IMG/VR virus record: IMGVR_UViG_3300043100_000006
Location: 38,180-102,179 of that record
DNA: 64,000 nucleotides
From: a virus
Direction: 5' to 3' (one strand)
In this document: positions 38,090 to 47,069 of the stretch, piece by piece
Numbering within the stretch: position 1 is the first letter of the stretch
Layout of the letters: each line of letters starts with the position of its first letter
Made by a program: the position numbers and the translations under genes
Notes under the pieces: model-generated
Database searches by the model: none
What the model was told of the DNA's origin: nothing
Seen by the model: only the letters and a program-made list of their open reading frames with translations

Positions 38090-38596
38090 ATGAACACGAC
38101 TGCGGAAGTAATCGAGATCGTCGGATTGGATCGCAGCGCGAAATTACCAGTGCGCATTGAGCAGTTCAGCAACTTCCGCATGGAAGTCTGGGAAAAGTTG
38201 CAAACCAAAGCGCCTTGCCCAGACAAAGCGCGGGCATACTGCTGTTACATGAACACGGTAATTTTCTATGTTGGCCCAAGATATATCGTTCGACCCTGGC
38301 ACCATCTCTGGCGGTGCAACGGCAGACTGCTGGCAGAGAAACCCGGCAGTAGTTTCGAAGAGTGGGGGCGTACGGAGTACGAACTATATTGGGACCGCGT
38401 GTTTCGCTGGCGTGGCAATGAATGGGAAGTCGGGGGCGGCTCGGTTCTTTGGCTCGGCAAAGGGCTTGGTTGGTGGATGAAGCACGGAGCGAGAAAGAGA
38501 GTTAGCGATGAAGGACAAAACCGTAACAGTCACTTGCAAAGAGGCGCGGGAGATGCTGGCGAAGTACGAGCAAATCATCATCCACTGGCGTCCTGA
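38090..38596 (+). CDS. Hypothetical protein
   Basis: ORF in operon. Confidence 0.45.
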   Translation: MNTTAEVIEIVGLDRSAKLPVRIEQFSNFRMEVWEKLQTKAPCPDKARAYCCYMNTVIFYVGPRYIVRPWHHLWRCNGRLLAEKPGSSFEEWGRTEYELYWDRVFRWRGNEWEVGGGSVLWLGKGLGWWMKHGARKRVSDEGQNRNSHLQRGAGDAGEVRANHHPLAS

Positions 38597-38662
38597 TGGC
38601 CTTATCAATCACCGTGAAGCAGACTACGACCCGGCAGTGGTGACGGTATTCGGCTGAAAGCT

Positions 38663-38675
38663 TCCACCGGGTGGA
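38663..38675. repeat. Dispersed palindrome copy 6
   Basis: TCCACCGGGTGGA-AGGATTT. Confidence 0.9.
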
Positions 38676-38704
38676 AGGATTTGCCGCCTACAGCAAAACC
38701 CGCC

Positions 38705-38734
38705 TTGACACGGATTCACTAGTACAGTTAAATT
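38705..38734 (+). promoter_or_regulatory. Leaderless promoter with GATTCACTAGTA operator
   Basis: TTGACA-18-TAAATT-7-ATG(38742); operator 38713-38724. Confidence 0.65.
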
Positions 38735-38741
38735 CAGAATC

Positions 38742-38948
38742 ATGCCCGTACTGGAAATGCTCGAAGAGATTGACGGAGTCGGTGTCGCAGACATCGGTTG
38801 GTGCCCTGCTTCGGAAGAAGGAGAGCACGAGCGGCTTGTGCGTGATGCGCGGGCAGAGCGGGAGCGGATGGGATTCGACGTTGCGGAGTCTTCGGTGGTT
38901 TGCGGCCGGTGCCACATGCTGATTCCGCTGGAGTGCCGGGTCGGATAG
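38742..38948 (+). CDS. Hypothetical protein
   Basis: Leaderless start. Confidence 0.55.
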   Translation: MPVLEMLEEIDGVGVADIGWCPASEEGEHERLVRDARAERERMGFDVAESSVVCGRCHMLIPLECRVG

Positions 38949-39003
38949 AGGTCGAAATGCACGGTCAAGAAACCGTTTCAAAAGCAAGCCAGATGGCTCT
39001 CTG

Positions 39004-39381
39004 GTGAAGATGGTTGTAACGAACAGCCCACTCTCGCGCAACGCGGAACGCAGTCGTCTTGCTGGAAGCCTACCCATTGACTTCCGGTGTCCTGAGTGCA
39101 GCGCCGATCTAGGCACCCTCTGCTATCATGCGGATCGGCAGCATCGCGTCAAAGCTTTCCATGCTCGGCGGAAACTCATGGCTAACGCTGCAGCGCGGGC
39201 GATGGGGCTTGTCTATCCTCGGCGATTGAGGACCAAGCCGAGTCTTGGTACTGGTCAATTGCAGATGGGGAAAATGCTAGTTACCGACTTCGCGCAGCGA
39301 GCAATAGAAGAGCATGATCCACAAAAGGCGGTTCGCATTGTGAAACTGTGGAGGGGAGACAGGAAAGTTGATAAACGATGA
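39004..39381 (+). CDS. Zinc-finger protein
   Basis: CPEC.A..G..C...H..R. Confidence 0.6.
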   Translation: MKMVVTNSPLSRNAERSRLAGSLPIDFRCPECSADLGTLCYHADRQHRVKAFHARRKLMANAAARAMGLVYPRRLRTKPSLGTGQLQMGKMLVTDFAQRAIEEHDPQKAVRIVKLWRGDRKVDKR

Positions 39382-39644
39382 CCTCGACTATGTGTACCTG
39401 GCACCAGCGGCACACTGGCGGGGTGGAAGACTTTTTATCGAAGCCCAGCCATCGGCTGTCGCAGGTCCACAGCTTGCCGCGTTGAGTTCGCGCCAGCACC
39501 ACCTACCGTGCGTGTTCCTTCTGCTCCGTTAAAGCATCGGCGACCTCGCGCAGCGCGGATAGTAAAGATGGGTTGAGCACTTTTGCACAGACTTCAACCG
39601 CCAGTCGGAGCATCATAGAAGGGCTAACATTCTCGGAGGCTGAC

Positions 39645-39968
39645 ATGGCAACCAAGAAAGCCAAGAGAAAGGCACGGCCCAAAGCAGCGCTTCCCACTCC
39701 TGAACCCTTTCCGCTCCCAGAGCCGGACTGCGGCCAGCACGAAGCCAAGTACGAACAACCCGAGGAACTCGGCCAGCAGCCAACCGAAGTTCCAAAGCCG
39801 GAAATTGCCGTTGTAAAGATCGAAGCGCCGGAACCAGATGAGCGGCTCATCGTGCTTCAGGTGAAAGGACAGCCCGAACATCTACCTGAGCCAATGCTGC
39901 CAGAAGTGCCCGTGGAAATTGAGCAGACCCCACTGAAGAAATCTTTCTGGCAATGGCTTGGGCTTTGA
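39645..39968 (+). CDS. Pro/Glu-rich hypothetical protein
   Basis: GGAGG SD. Confidence 0.6.
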   Translation: MATKKAKRKARPKAALPTPEPFPLPEPDCGQHEAKYEQPEELGQQPTEVPKPEIAVVKIEAPEPDERLIVLQVKGQPEHLPEPMLPEVPVEIEQTPLKKSFWQWLGL

Positions 39969-40015
39969 GGTAATCTGTACGGGACCGTCCGATTCTGATC
40001 GCGGAGAAAACTATC

Positions 40016-40564
40016 ATGCCCGAACCAAAGAAAATCAAGGAAGCCCCTCTGCCAGTCAAGTTCAACGTGTCAACCCATATCATCGGGCATGGCGAGAAAG
40101 CGAAATTCATCTTTCACCCGGTCGGCGCGGATGGTGTAGGCATCGCGCTTCCGAAAGGTACGGACAAATTGGCGTTCGAAGCGAGCGACCCAGCCGCACT
40201 GCATTTGCAGCCTGACACAACCGACATCGGCGGGTTGACAGTGATTGGGAAGCCAGTGGCCCCAGGCCTTGAACTGGACGGGCTCACGGTGCACGGCCAA
40301 GTTGTTCTGCCCGGCGCCGATGCTCCGATCGAGGGTACGTCCGAGCCGATCAACTGCGTCTATGGTCCCATCGGAGCCCACGGGCACAAACTGGAATTGC
40401 CAGAGACGGACGAACAGAAGGCCGCGAAGGCGAAGGCCAAGAGCGATGCGAAGGAGCGGTCAGAGAAGGCGCGGGCCGAGCGAAAGAAAGCTGCGGAGCC
40501 AACTCCGGTGCACGCGAAACCAGCACAGCCGGGGAAGGCAGTAGCGCGGCTACACGAAGAGTAA
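40016..40564 (+). CDS. Hypothetical protein, possible Ig-like domain
   Basis: GGAG SD; resembles C-terminal half of 60277-61032. Confidence 0.6.
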   Translation: MPEPKKIKEAPLPVKFNVSTHIIGHGEKAKFIFHPVGADGVGIALPKGTDKLAFEASDPAALHLQPDTTDIGGLTVIGKPVAPGLELDGLTVHGQVVLPGADAPIEGTSEPINCVYGPIGAHGHKLELPETDEQKAAKAKAKSDAKERSEKARAERKKAAEPTPVHAKPAQPGKAVARLHEE

Positions 40565-40581
40565 AGCGAATGCCGAATCTT

Positions 40582-40594
40582 TCCACCGGGTGGA
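40582..40594. repeat. Dispersed palindrome copy 7
   Basis: CCGAATCTT-TCCACCGGGTGGA-GAGATTCGG. Confidence 0.9.
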
Positions 40595-40849
40595 GAGATT
40601 CGGTGTTATATTCATCCGGCCAGCGGTGTGGCAACGCGAGACTCCAGCCGCCGACTTTTTCTCCGTCATGCACGGTCTGACCAAACTCGAATACGCCGCG
40701 ATTCTGCTCACGGCAGTATGGGTCGGCTATCGCGCCTATCCTGGCTACGCGCTGGCCGACATGGTTGGCAGTTTGTTCGTTATGTTGTTTGCCTACCTTG
40801 CGATGACGGTAATCGTGATCTGGATCAAGAGCGGCGGCGACACGCATTT

Positions 40850-41215
40850 ATGACGCCCGCCGAGATCGTCGCTACGCTCCAGCGCTACCGCTTCAGTTGT
40901 GCCACGGAAGATGAGTTGCAACGCGGCATAGCGCTGGCGTTGGTCGCACCACTCGGCGGCGAGACATGGAAGCGCGAAGTCAGACTCACCCCTCAGGACC
41001 GCCCCGATTTTTTTCTCGAATCATACGGCATCGTGATCGAAGTCAAAATCAAAGGCTCATTCGGAAACACATTGCGACAGCTTGACCGCTACGCATCGCT
41101 CCCCGCCGTGAAGGGAATCGTCTTGGTAACGACCAGGTCGGTGCAGGCGTTGCGTATGCCATACATGCTGCAAGGAAAGCCGCTCGCGGTCTGTTGTCTC
41201 CATGCTTTATGCTGA
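40850..41215 (+). CDS. PD-(D/E)XK nuclease-like protein
   Basis: RE......RPDF....IVIEVK...QL.RYA. Confidence 0.7.
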   Translation: MTPAEIVATLQRYRFSCATEDELQRGIALALVAPLGGETWKREVRLTPQDRPDFFLESYGIVIEVKIKGSFGNTLRQLDRYASLPAVKGIVLVTTRSVQALRMPYMLQGKPLAVCCLHALC

Positions 41216-42894
41216 AAGCGAAAGTGCAAGACCCACACGGCGTAGTGTCGTTCTGGGAAGATGGAAACTGTTGGCTGATTAAAACGAAACCACACATCGC
41301 GCTCCGGATGAAGCGCATCTTCCCAAAGATCAATCCCGGAGAGCAGGGAATCCTGCGCCTTGCGGACACACCGGAAAATTGCCGCGACCTCGAATGGTTT
41401 CTCGAACGCTATCCGCATGACTGCCCTTACTTCCGAATGCTGCGAGAAAGGGCGAAGTCGCACCGAGAAGCAGAGGCAGTCATTACTAGCCTGATGAAAA
41501 CCGTTCCAACGAACGGGCGCGTAAAAGAATTCAAGATGGCGAAGCCGCCGCGCGACTATCAAGTGCAAGTGGCGGATTTACTCAAGGCATCTGGCGGCCT
41601 ACTCTGCGCGGACGACGTCGGCCTGGGGAAGACCGTGAGTTGCATCACAGCCATCGTCGATCCGAAACTCCAACCCGCGCTCGTGGTTTGCTTGGCGCAT
41701 CTCCCGTTGCAGTGGCGAAACTTCATCCGCGAGTTCGCGCCGCATCTCCGCGTGCACATTCTTAGCAAAGGCACGCCATACAATTTCAAAGACAAGTGGG
41801 GTGATCTGCCGGACGTGATCATTAGCAGTTATGGGAAGATGCGAGATTGGGCAGAGACGCTGGCCGCCATAGTAAAGAGCGTTACCTGGGACGAGGGGCA
41901 AGAATTGCGGCATGAAGGGACGCAACGCTATGCGGCGGCGCGCGTCATCGCCAACGCGGTTCCCTACCGATTGTGTTTAACAGCTACACCCATTTACAAC
42001 TTCGGAATCGAGATGTACAACGTGATGCGGTGCGTGAAACCGGAAGCTCTCGGAAGCCGCGATGAGTTTGTGACGGAGTGGTGCGCTGGCGAAGCGATTC
42101 GCGACCCACGCGCGTTCGGAGAGTACATGCGAGCTTCCGGCCTCATGCTTCGCCGCACGAGGGTCGATGTCAAACGAGAACTCCCGCCGTGCCAGTCCAT
42201 TGTGCATTCCATTGAATGCGATGAAAAGGCGCTAGAGGCGGGCATCTCGGGCTGTGATGAACTTGCAAACATCATCGTAAGTCGAAGCGAGACTTTCCGC
42301 GGGCAGAAGATGCAAGCGGCGGCCGAGTTCGATATGCGAATGCGGCAGGCCACGGGGATTGCGAAGGCCGGTTACGTTGCAGAGTTTGTGAGGATGCTGG
42401 TCGAGGGTGGGCAGAAAGTTGCGCTGTATGGTTGGCACAGGGCCGTATATTCGATATGGCTGAAGCGGCTCGAAGATTTGGGCGCAACGATGTACACGGG
42501 CAGCGAGAGTCCAGCGCAAAAGAACTTTGCGAAGGAACGGTTCGTGAGCGGCGATTCGAAAGTGATCATGATCAGCCTGCGCAGCGGCGCCGGCCTTGAT
42601 GGATTGCAGAAAGTGTGTAGCACTGTCGTGTACGGAGAGTTGGATTGGAGCCCCGGATGTATGCAGCAGTGTACCGGGCGAGTCTTTCGCGACGGACAGG
42701 AGAATCCCGTCATGGCCTACTATCTGGTTTGCGATTACGGCTCGGACCCAATCATGTCGGACACTCTGGGAATCAAGCGGCAGCAGAGCGAAGGGATTCT
42801 GAATCCGGCAGCGGACATCATCGAAGGACTTCAAATAGATCCTGAGCATGTGCGGAAACTAGCGGAGGCGTATCTTCGGCGAAAACATGCTTGA
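41209..42894 (+). CDS. SNF2-family helicase/ATPase
   Basis: RDYQ, ADDVGLGKT, DEGQ, LTATPI.N, LRR, GAGLDGLQ, Q..GR..R.GQ. Confidence 0.9.
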   Translation: MLKAKVQDPHGVVSFWEDGNCWLIKTKPHIALRMKRIFPKINPGEQGILRLADTPENCRDLEWFLERYPHDCPYFRMLRERAKSHREAEAVITSLMKTVPTNGRVKEFKMAKPPRDYQVQVADLLKASGGLLCADDVGLGKTVSCITAIVDPKLQPALVVCLAHLPLQWRNFIREFAPHLRVHILSKGTPYNFKDKWGDLPDVIISSYGKMRDWAETLAAIVKSVTWDEGQELRHEGTQRYAAARVIANAVPYRLCLTATPIYNFGIEMYNVMRCVKPEALGSRDEFVTEWCAGEAIRDPRAFGEYMRASGLMLRRTRVDVKRELPPCQSIVHSIECDEKALEAGISGCDELANIIVSRSETFRGQKMQAAAEFDMRMRQATGIAKAGYVAEFVRMLVEGGQKVALYGWHRAVYSIWLKRLEDLGATMYTGSESPAQKNFAKERFVSGDSKVIMISLRSGAGLDGLQKVCSTVVYGELDWSPGCMQQCTGRVFRDGQENPVMAYYLVCDYGSDPIMSDTLGIKRQQSEGILNPAADIIEGLQIDPEHVRKLAEAYLRRKHA

Positions 42895-42920
42895 CGATTT
42901 CACTAGCAATCTTCTAAACT
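42891..42920 (+). promoter_or_regulatory. Leaderless promoter with variant operator
   Basis: TTGACG-18-TAAACT-7-ATG; ATTTCACTAGCA 42897-42908. Confidence 0.6.
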
Positions 42921-42927
42921 TGCACTC

Positions 42928-43254
42928 ATGAGAACGCCACTACCGAGCGGCCCGAATCGCTTCACGGCGAAGCGCGGCGGGAAGCAGGCCACAAACGGCA
43001 AGTCGATTCCTGTTACGTGCTATCCACGCAAGCGAACAAAAGCGCTGCTGGTGGAGATTGCGCAGCAAGTTGAGCAGGGTGTGAGTGCATTCCTGATTAT
43101 CTCTGGACTGGAGAAGGTTGCACGCATTAAGGCGCAGGGCAACAAAGTTGAGGTATTGACGGAGAGCGAGTTAGAGTCCGCGGTGAGATCGTTGATTCCG
43201 GAAGAAGAGTACGCCGAGCTTTTGCGGAAGCGCGGCGGCAAGGGAAAGAAATGA
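42928..43254 (+). CDS. Putative ribbon-helix-helix regulator
   Basis: Basic N-terminus, IPVTCY strand, K.LL...A......VS.F helices. Confidence 0.5.
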   Translation: MRTPLPSGPNRFTAKRGGKQATNGKSIPVTCYPRKRTKALLVEIAQQVEQGVSAFLIISGLEKVARIKAQGNKVEVLTESELESAVRSLIPEEEYAELLRKRGGKGKK

Positions 43255-43559
43255 AACTGGCTCGAATGCTCATACGTGACAGGCATCTTCGTTGCCGTAG
43301 AGGCTCAGACAGTTTTGCGAAATGGAATTGGATGACCGCCGAACAGAAACGCGAAGCCCGATATCGCAAACTGTGCTCCCGTTGCAAGTCCGTTCCCGCA
43401 GTCCGTCGCAATGTCATGGGCTCGCCGATGTGGTTGCACGATTCGACAGTCGAATGCAAAGCGGCAGCGGAACGCGAAAAGGATTTTCAGTCCGACAAGA
43501 AAGAGGCAAGCGATGGACAGTCAGATGATCAAGCGCAGGTGCGACAACCCAACCTGTGA
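43251..43559 (+). CDS. Hypothetical protein
   Basis: ATGA overlap; CxxC. Confidence 0.5.
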   Translation: MKLARMLIRDRHLRCRRGSDSFAKWNWMTAEQKREARYRKLCSRCKSVPAVRRNVMGSPMWLHDSTVECKAAAEREKDFQSDKKEASDGQSDDQAQVRQPNL

Positions 43560-43839
43560 CACGGTTCTTGTTATCGATCCGCAAAACCCGCCACTTACGG
43601 AACTGACGCACTGGATCGCGCTTATATTCACGAGCATCGTTGACGGGAAGCCAGCGCCGCGCATGAAACAGGCGTGCCGGAAAACATGCGCGGTGAATAT
43701 CGTCAACCTGGAAGAAGATGCGCCGGCGACAACCGAGCTGGAACCCCGGAAGGCGGAGGACAAGCCGAACCTCGCCAAACTGAAAGCGGCTGCGGTTGCG
43801 ACGGCTGTACCCATGCCTCATCTAATTCCCCCTTCGTAA
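43513..43839 (+). CDS. Hypothetical Zn-binding protein
   Basis: CDNPTC...C...C; GAGG SD. Confidence 0.55.
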   Translation: MDSQMIKRRCDNPTCDTVLVIDPQNPPLTELTHWIALIFTSIVDGKPAPRMKQACRKTCAVNIVNLEEDAPATTELEPRKAEDKPNLAKLKAAAVATAVPMPHLIPPS

Positions 43840-43844
43840 AAGTG

Positions 43845-43857
43845 TCCACCGGGTGGA
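43845..43857. repeat. Dispersed palindrome copy 8
   Basis: G-TCCACCGGGTGGA-CTGATC. Confidence 0.9.
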
Positions 43858-44010
43858 CTGATCAGCAACACTAAAAGGAACCATCATGGAAATCCCCGGC
43901 ATCATGTGGGAATGGGATCACGCTCGATTCCTCGGCCACGAGGAATACGAATACTGGATGATGAACCCGCTGCCCTTTGGATGGTCGATTGTTTCCGCGC
44001 CAGTTTCCGC

Positions 44011-44039
44011 TTGACTGATTCACTGGTATTCTGTATTCT
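44011..44039 (+). promoter_or_regulatory. Leaderless promoter with operator variant
   Basis: TTGACT-17-TATTCT-6-ATG; GATTCACTGGTA 44017-44028. Confidence 0.7.
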
Positions 44040-44045
44040 GCCTTC

Positions 44046-44654
44046 ATGTCGCACGGTCCCATCCTGCTTGATGTCGATTCCCATCAATACACGAGAGACG
44101 GCATCCCCTACCGCAGCGTGACCCAAGTGATCGCAGACGCGGGGTGGTGCGACTTCTCGTTTGTGGAAGAGGAGTTGCGCGTGCACAGTATGAAGCGCGG
44201 AAAGAGCGTGCACTGGATGACGTGCCTTGAGGACCAGGGAGGTTTGGATTATCGGCGGGTGCCAGCGGCCTTGCGAGGATACAGACGGGCATGGAACGCA
44301 TGGAAACGGGCAAGCGGATTCATGGCCGAATTGATCGAGTGGCGATTTATTTCGGCATACGGCTATGGCGGAACGCTTGACAGGTACGGGATGCTGCCAG
44401 CGACGGAGATGTGTCCGGTCGCGACTCATGCCGTCATCGATCTGAAGACCGGCGTTGTCCCTGACTGGGCCAGATTCCAACTCGCTGCCTATGCCGTAGG
44501 ATGGCAACCAAAACTTGCCCTGGCGCGCCGCATCCGCAGGATCGGAGTATCGGTCCTCGCCAACGGAAAATATTCGACACGAGAGTTTCCGATCGCCTCG
44601 TTTGATTCCGATTTCTCGCTGTTTGCGGAAGCGGCGCGACAGGGCAACGAGTAG
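44046..44654 (+). CDS. PD-(D/E)XK exonuclease (RecB/Cas4-like fold)
   Basis: H.Y...SVTQ, RG..VH, YGGTLDR, IDLKTG, QLAAY. Confidence 0.85.
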   Translation: MSHGPILLDVDSHQYTRDGIPYRSVTQVIADAGWCDFSFVEEELRVHSMKRGKSVHWMTCLEDQGGLDYRRVPAALRGYRRAWNAWKRASGFMAELIEWRFISAYGYGGTLDRYGMLPATEMCPVATHAVIDLKTGVVPDWARFQLAAYAVGWQPKLALARRIRRIGVSVLANGKYSTREFPIASFDSDFSLFAEAARQGNE

Positions 44655-44743
44655 GGGAAGTTTGGCAAGTGCAGGTGTGGTTAACGCAGCAGGCGGAAGG
44701 CACAGTCTTGACAAGTTCTGGCAAGATGATGCAGTATACTGGC

Positions 44744-45031
44744 ATGGAACGGTCAGAGATTTCGCGGCACGAAGTCCAGATTTACCAAGTTCTTAAGAAC
44801 AATCCTACCCAATGGTTCACCAACAAGACTCTGTCCGATGCTAGCAAGGTCACAGGGCGTACCGTTAGGCTGCATACCAACCGCTTTGTTAAGCTCGGCA
44901 TAGTTGATTTAGCCGAAGTCTTCCCGGCCCATCGCTATAGATTCGCAGAGAAAGCATCACGAAGAAATGCTGCCTACGTGCAACGATTGGAAAACGCGGT
45001 CGAAGTATTCACGGAGGCAGTTCGATGTTGA
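44744..45031 (+). CDS. Winged-HTH protein
   Basis: IYQVLK..P.QWFT...L...V..RTVR.H. Confidence 0.55.
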   Translation: MERSEISRHEVQIYQVLKNNPTQWFTNKTLSDASKVTGRTVRLHTNRFVKLGIVDLAEVFPAHRYRFAEKASRRNAAYVQRLENAVEVFTEAVRC

Positions 45032-46069
45032 TCGGCTATTTTGACGGTTGTTGGGTTTGTATTACACTAGCGCCATGAAACTCCATTGTACTGAGCTCGC
45101 TTGGCAGGCAGGAATCATGGACGGTGAGGGATGTATAACTCTCGCCAAGCAACTTCGCAAAGGTAGGCCGTCGCCAGCCTTTCGCCCGACTGTCACCGTG
45201 ACCAATACCGACCCGGCGATATGCCAGCCATTCGTAGCAGCCTGGGGCGGGAAGTTGTACGAGCGCCCCGACAAAAGAGTAGTTAAAAAGTGGGCACTAT
45301 CCTTCACTTGGTATTGCCCTCGCTCATCGGTGTGGTCGTTTTTAAGCTACATACGACCGTACCTAGTTTCAAAGCGGAAACAGGCTGATCTTCTCATTGA
45401 TTTTGTGGCCAGATGCCGAGAATTCCCTCGCTATAAGGGGAGCACTTCAGGTAGCGCGAGGGGGGGCTCAAAACCATTAGGAAGCGCTGAGATTAAATAT
45501 CGGGAAAGGATATGGAATGAAATCAGAAAACTCAACACTAAGGGACAATTCTCGCGGAAAGGGGGAATCCCAACGGCATCTATCGAATAGCGTCTTAACG
45601 GCCTATTTCGATGGGTGCTGCTAGCGAACCGGTCAATCCGGGCGGTCATGCAGCTTGGGGCGCATGTCTCTGGCGTGGTGACGTAGAAGTCTGGCGCGAC
45701 AAGGGCTACTGCGGAAGTGGGCCGAAGGCGTCAAACAACGTGGCGGAATACTCTGGAGTCTGCGCCGTGCTGGAACGGCTTAGACATGAGACCGAGCCCT
45801 GTTTGATTCGCGGCGACTCGAAGTTGGTCATCTACCATTTGGTGCCAGACCCAAGCATCGGGCGAAAGTGGAAGGTCAACGGCGGACTCTATATGCCGTT
45901 CCATGTGAAGGCCAAGGCGCTGTACGAGCAGATGAAGGACCGCGTGAGTTTCGAGTGGATATCGCGGGATCAGAATGCGATCTGCGACGTTCTCTCGAAA
46001 GCGGTGTTGCATGAGCGAGGGGTTGTGTTCAAGATTCAGCCGGAAAGGCCGGAAAGAAAGCGAGCGTAA
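45025..46069 (+). CDS. rnhA: RNase HI-like protein, split: join(45025..45053,45625..46069), 157 aa
   Basis: Join reads MLIGYFDGCCEPVNPGG...NNVAEY...RGDS...NAICD with all four acidic catalytic residues; GGAGG SD at exon 1. Confidence 0.8.
45054..45624 (+). mobile_element. 571-bp intervening element encoding a LAGLIDADG endonuclease
   Basis: Precise removal restores the RNase H frame (boundary can shift by 1 nt). Confidence 0.75.
45075..45590 (+). CDS. Single-motif LAGLIDADG homing endonuclease
   Basis: LAWQAGIMDGEGCI, V.VTNTD, PYL..KRKQA. Confidence 0.9.
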   Translation: MKLHCTELAWQAGIMDGEGCITLAKQLRKGRPSPAFRPTVTVTNTDPAICQPFVAAWGGKLYERPDKRVVKKWALSFTWYCPRSSVWSFLSYIRPYLVSKRKQADLLIDFVARCREFPRYKGSTSGSARGGSKPLGSAEIKYRERIWNEIRKLNTKGQFSRKGGIPTASIE

Positions 46070-46073
46070 GGCT

Positions 46074-46787
46074 ATGCCCGAAGTAATCGCAGAGCAGGAG
46101 CAGGAACTAACCCAGCAGGCGCTCACGATTGTGGAGCGCGCAACCGCAGTAGTCATTAAAGATCAAGCCAGTTACGATTCAGCGTGTGCGCTGCTGCTGA
46201 ACGACATCAAACCGTTTCGCGCCAAGTGGGACGCATACTGGAAAGGTTCTGACTCAGCGCCAGGGCCAATAAAACTGGCGTATCGCGCCTACAAATCGCT
46301 ACTCGACAAGTTCAACGAGATCGACAACCCGGCGGAACTCGCGGAGAAAACCGTCAAGGCGGCAACGATAAAATGGGAGCAGGACCAGGAACGCATTCGC
46401 CAAGAACTACAACGCAAGGCGCAAGAGGACGCGGAGCGCGAGGCCGAAGAGGAGCGCGACCGTGCGGCGATTGTCGCGGAGAATGCCGGAGCCACGGAAG
46501 AGGAAGTGCAGGCAATCGCGGCAACTCCTGTGATGGCGGTCGCTGCGCCGGTTGCGCAAACGTTCCAACGAGCGGCGGGGATGAGCAAACCGCGTGACAA
46601 CTGGAAATGTATCTGCAAGGACATTAAGAGACTGTGCGCGGCAGTGGCGAAAGGAATTGTGCCGCCAACCTATGTGGAACCGAACCAGGTTGCGCTGGAC
46701 GCGCGCGCACGCGCAGATCGCCAAACCTTGAATATCCCAGGCTGTGTCCCTTTTAACGATCCTGTGGCATCGGCGAGGCGACGGTGA
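46074..46787 (+). CDS. Coiled-coil phage protein (recombination module)
   Basis: Coiled coil with C-terminal R.NW...IPG. Confidence 0.6.
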   Translation: MPEVIAEQEQELTQQALTIVERATAVVIKDQASYDSACALLLNDIKPFRAKWDAYWKGSDSAPGPIKLAYRAYKSLLDKFNEIDNPAELAEKTVKAATIKWEQDQERIRQELQRKAQEDAEREAEEERDRAAIVAENAGATEEEVQAIAATPVMAVAAPVAQTFQRAAGMSKPRDNWKCICKDIKRLCAAVAKGIVPPTYVEPNQVALDARARADRQTLNIPGCVPFNDPVASARRR

Positions 46788-47017
46788 CCTACCATCCCCT
46801 TGCAAACGAAACCGGCGGCGATGACTTTGCGCGGAACCGCGAAGCGCACTCGATCATCTTCGACATGCAGTTGTACGCGAAGGTGGGAGAGATGACGGAG
46901 CGGGAGCGAGACTTCGTGACGCAGTCGAAGGACCGACTGGAGCGGTACGGGGTGAAGGCGATGTTCAGCGCGAAACAGTGTTTCTGGCTCAGGGATCTGA
47001 AAGACGTTTATCTTTAG
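46784..47017 (+). CDS. Hypothetical protein
   Basis: GTGA overlap; ERDFV...SAKQ..WL. Confidence 0.6.
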   Translation: MTYHPLANETGGDDFARNREAHSIIFDMQLYAKVGEMTERERDFVTQSKDRLERYGVKAMFSAKQCFWLRDLKDVYL

Positions 47018-47019
47018 AA

Positions 47020-47048
47020 TTGACACCCGCGCGATTCACTAGTATTCT
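47020..47048 (+). promoter_or_regulatory. sigma70 promoter with GATTCACTAGTA operator
   Basis: TTGACA-17-TATTCT; operator 47033-47044 overlaps -10. Confidence 0.75.
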
Positions 47049-47069
47049 ATCGGCTAGGAGAACGACATC

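Noticed and set aside
44046-44654. Cas4 indicating a CRISPR system
   Set aside because: Lacks the four-Cys cluster and any cas context; ordinary phage exonuclease
45054-45624. Standard group I intron or intein
   Set aside because: Non-coding flanks total about 55 nt, no P7-type conserved sequences seen by eye, and the insert is out of frame with stops
45611-46069. Stand-alone RNase H starting MGAASEP
   Set aside because: No SD and lacks the first catalytic Asp, which lies in the upstream exon
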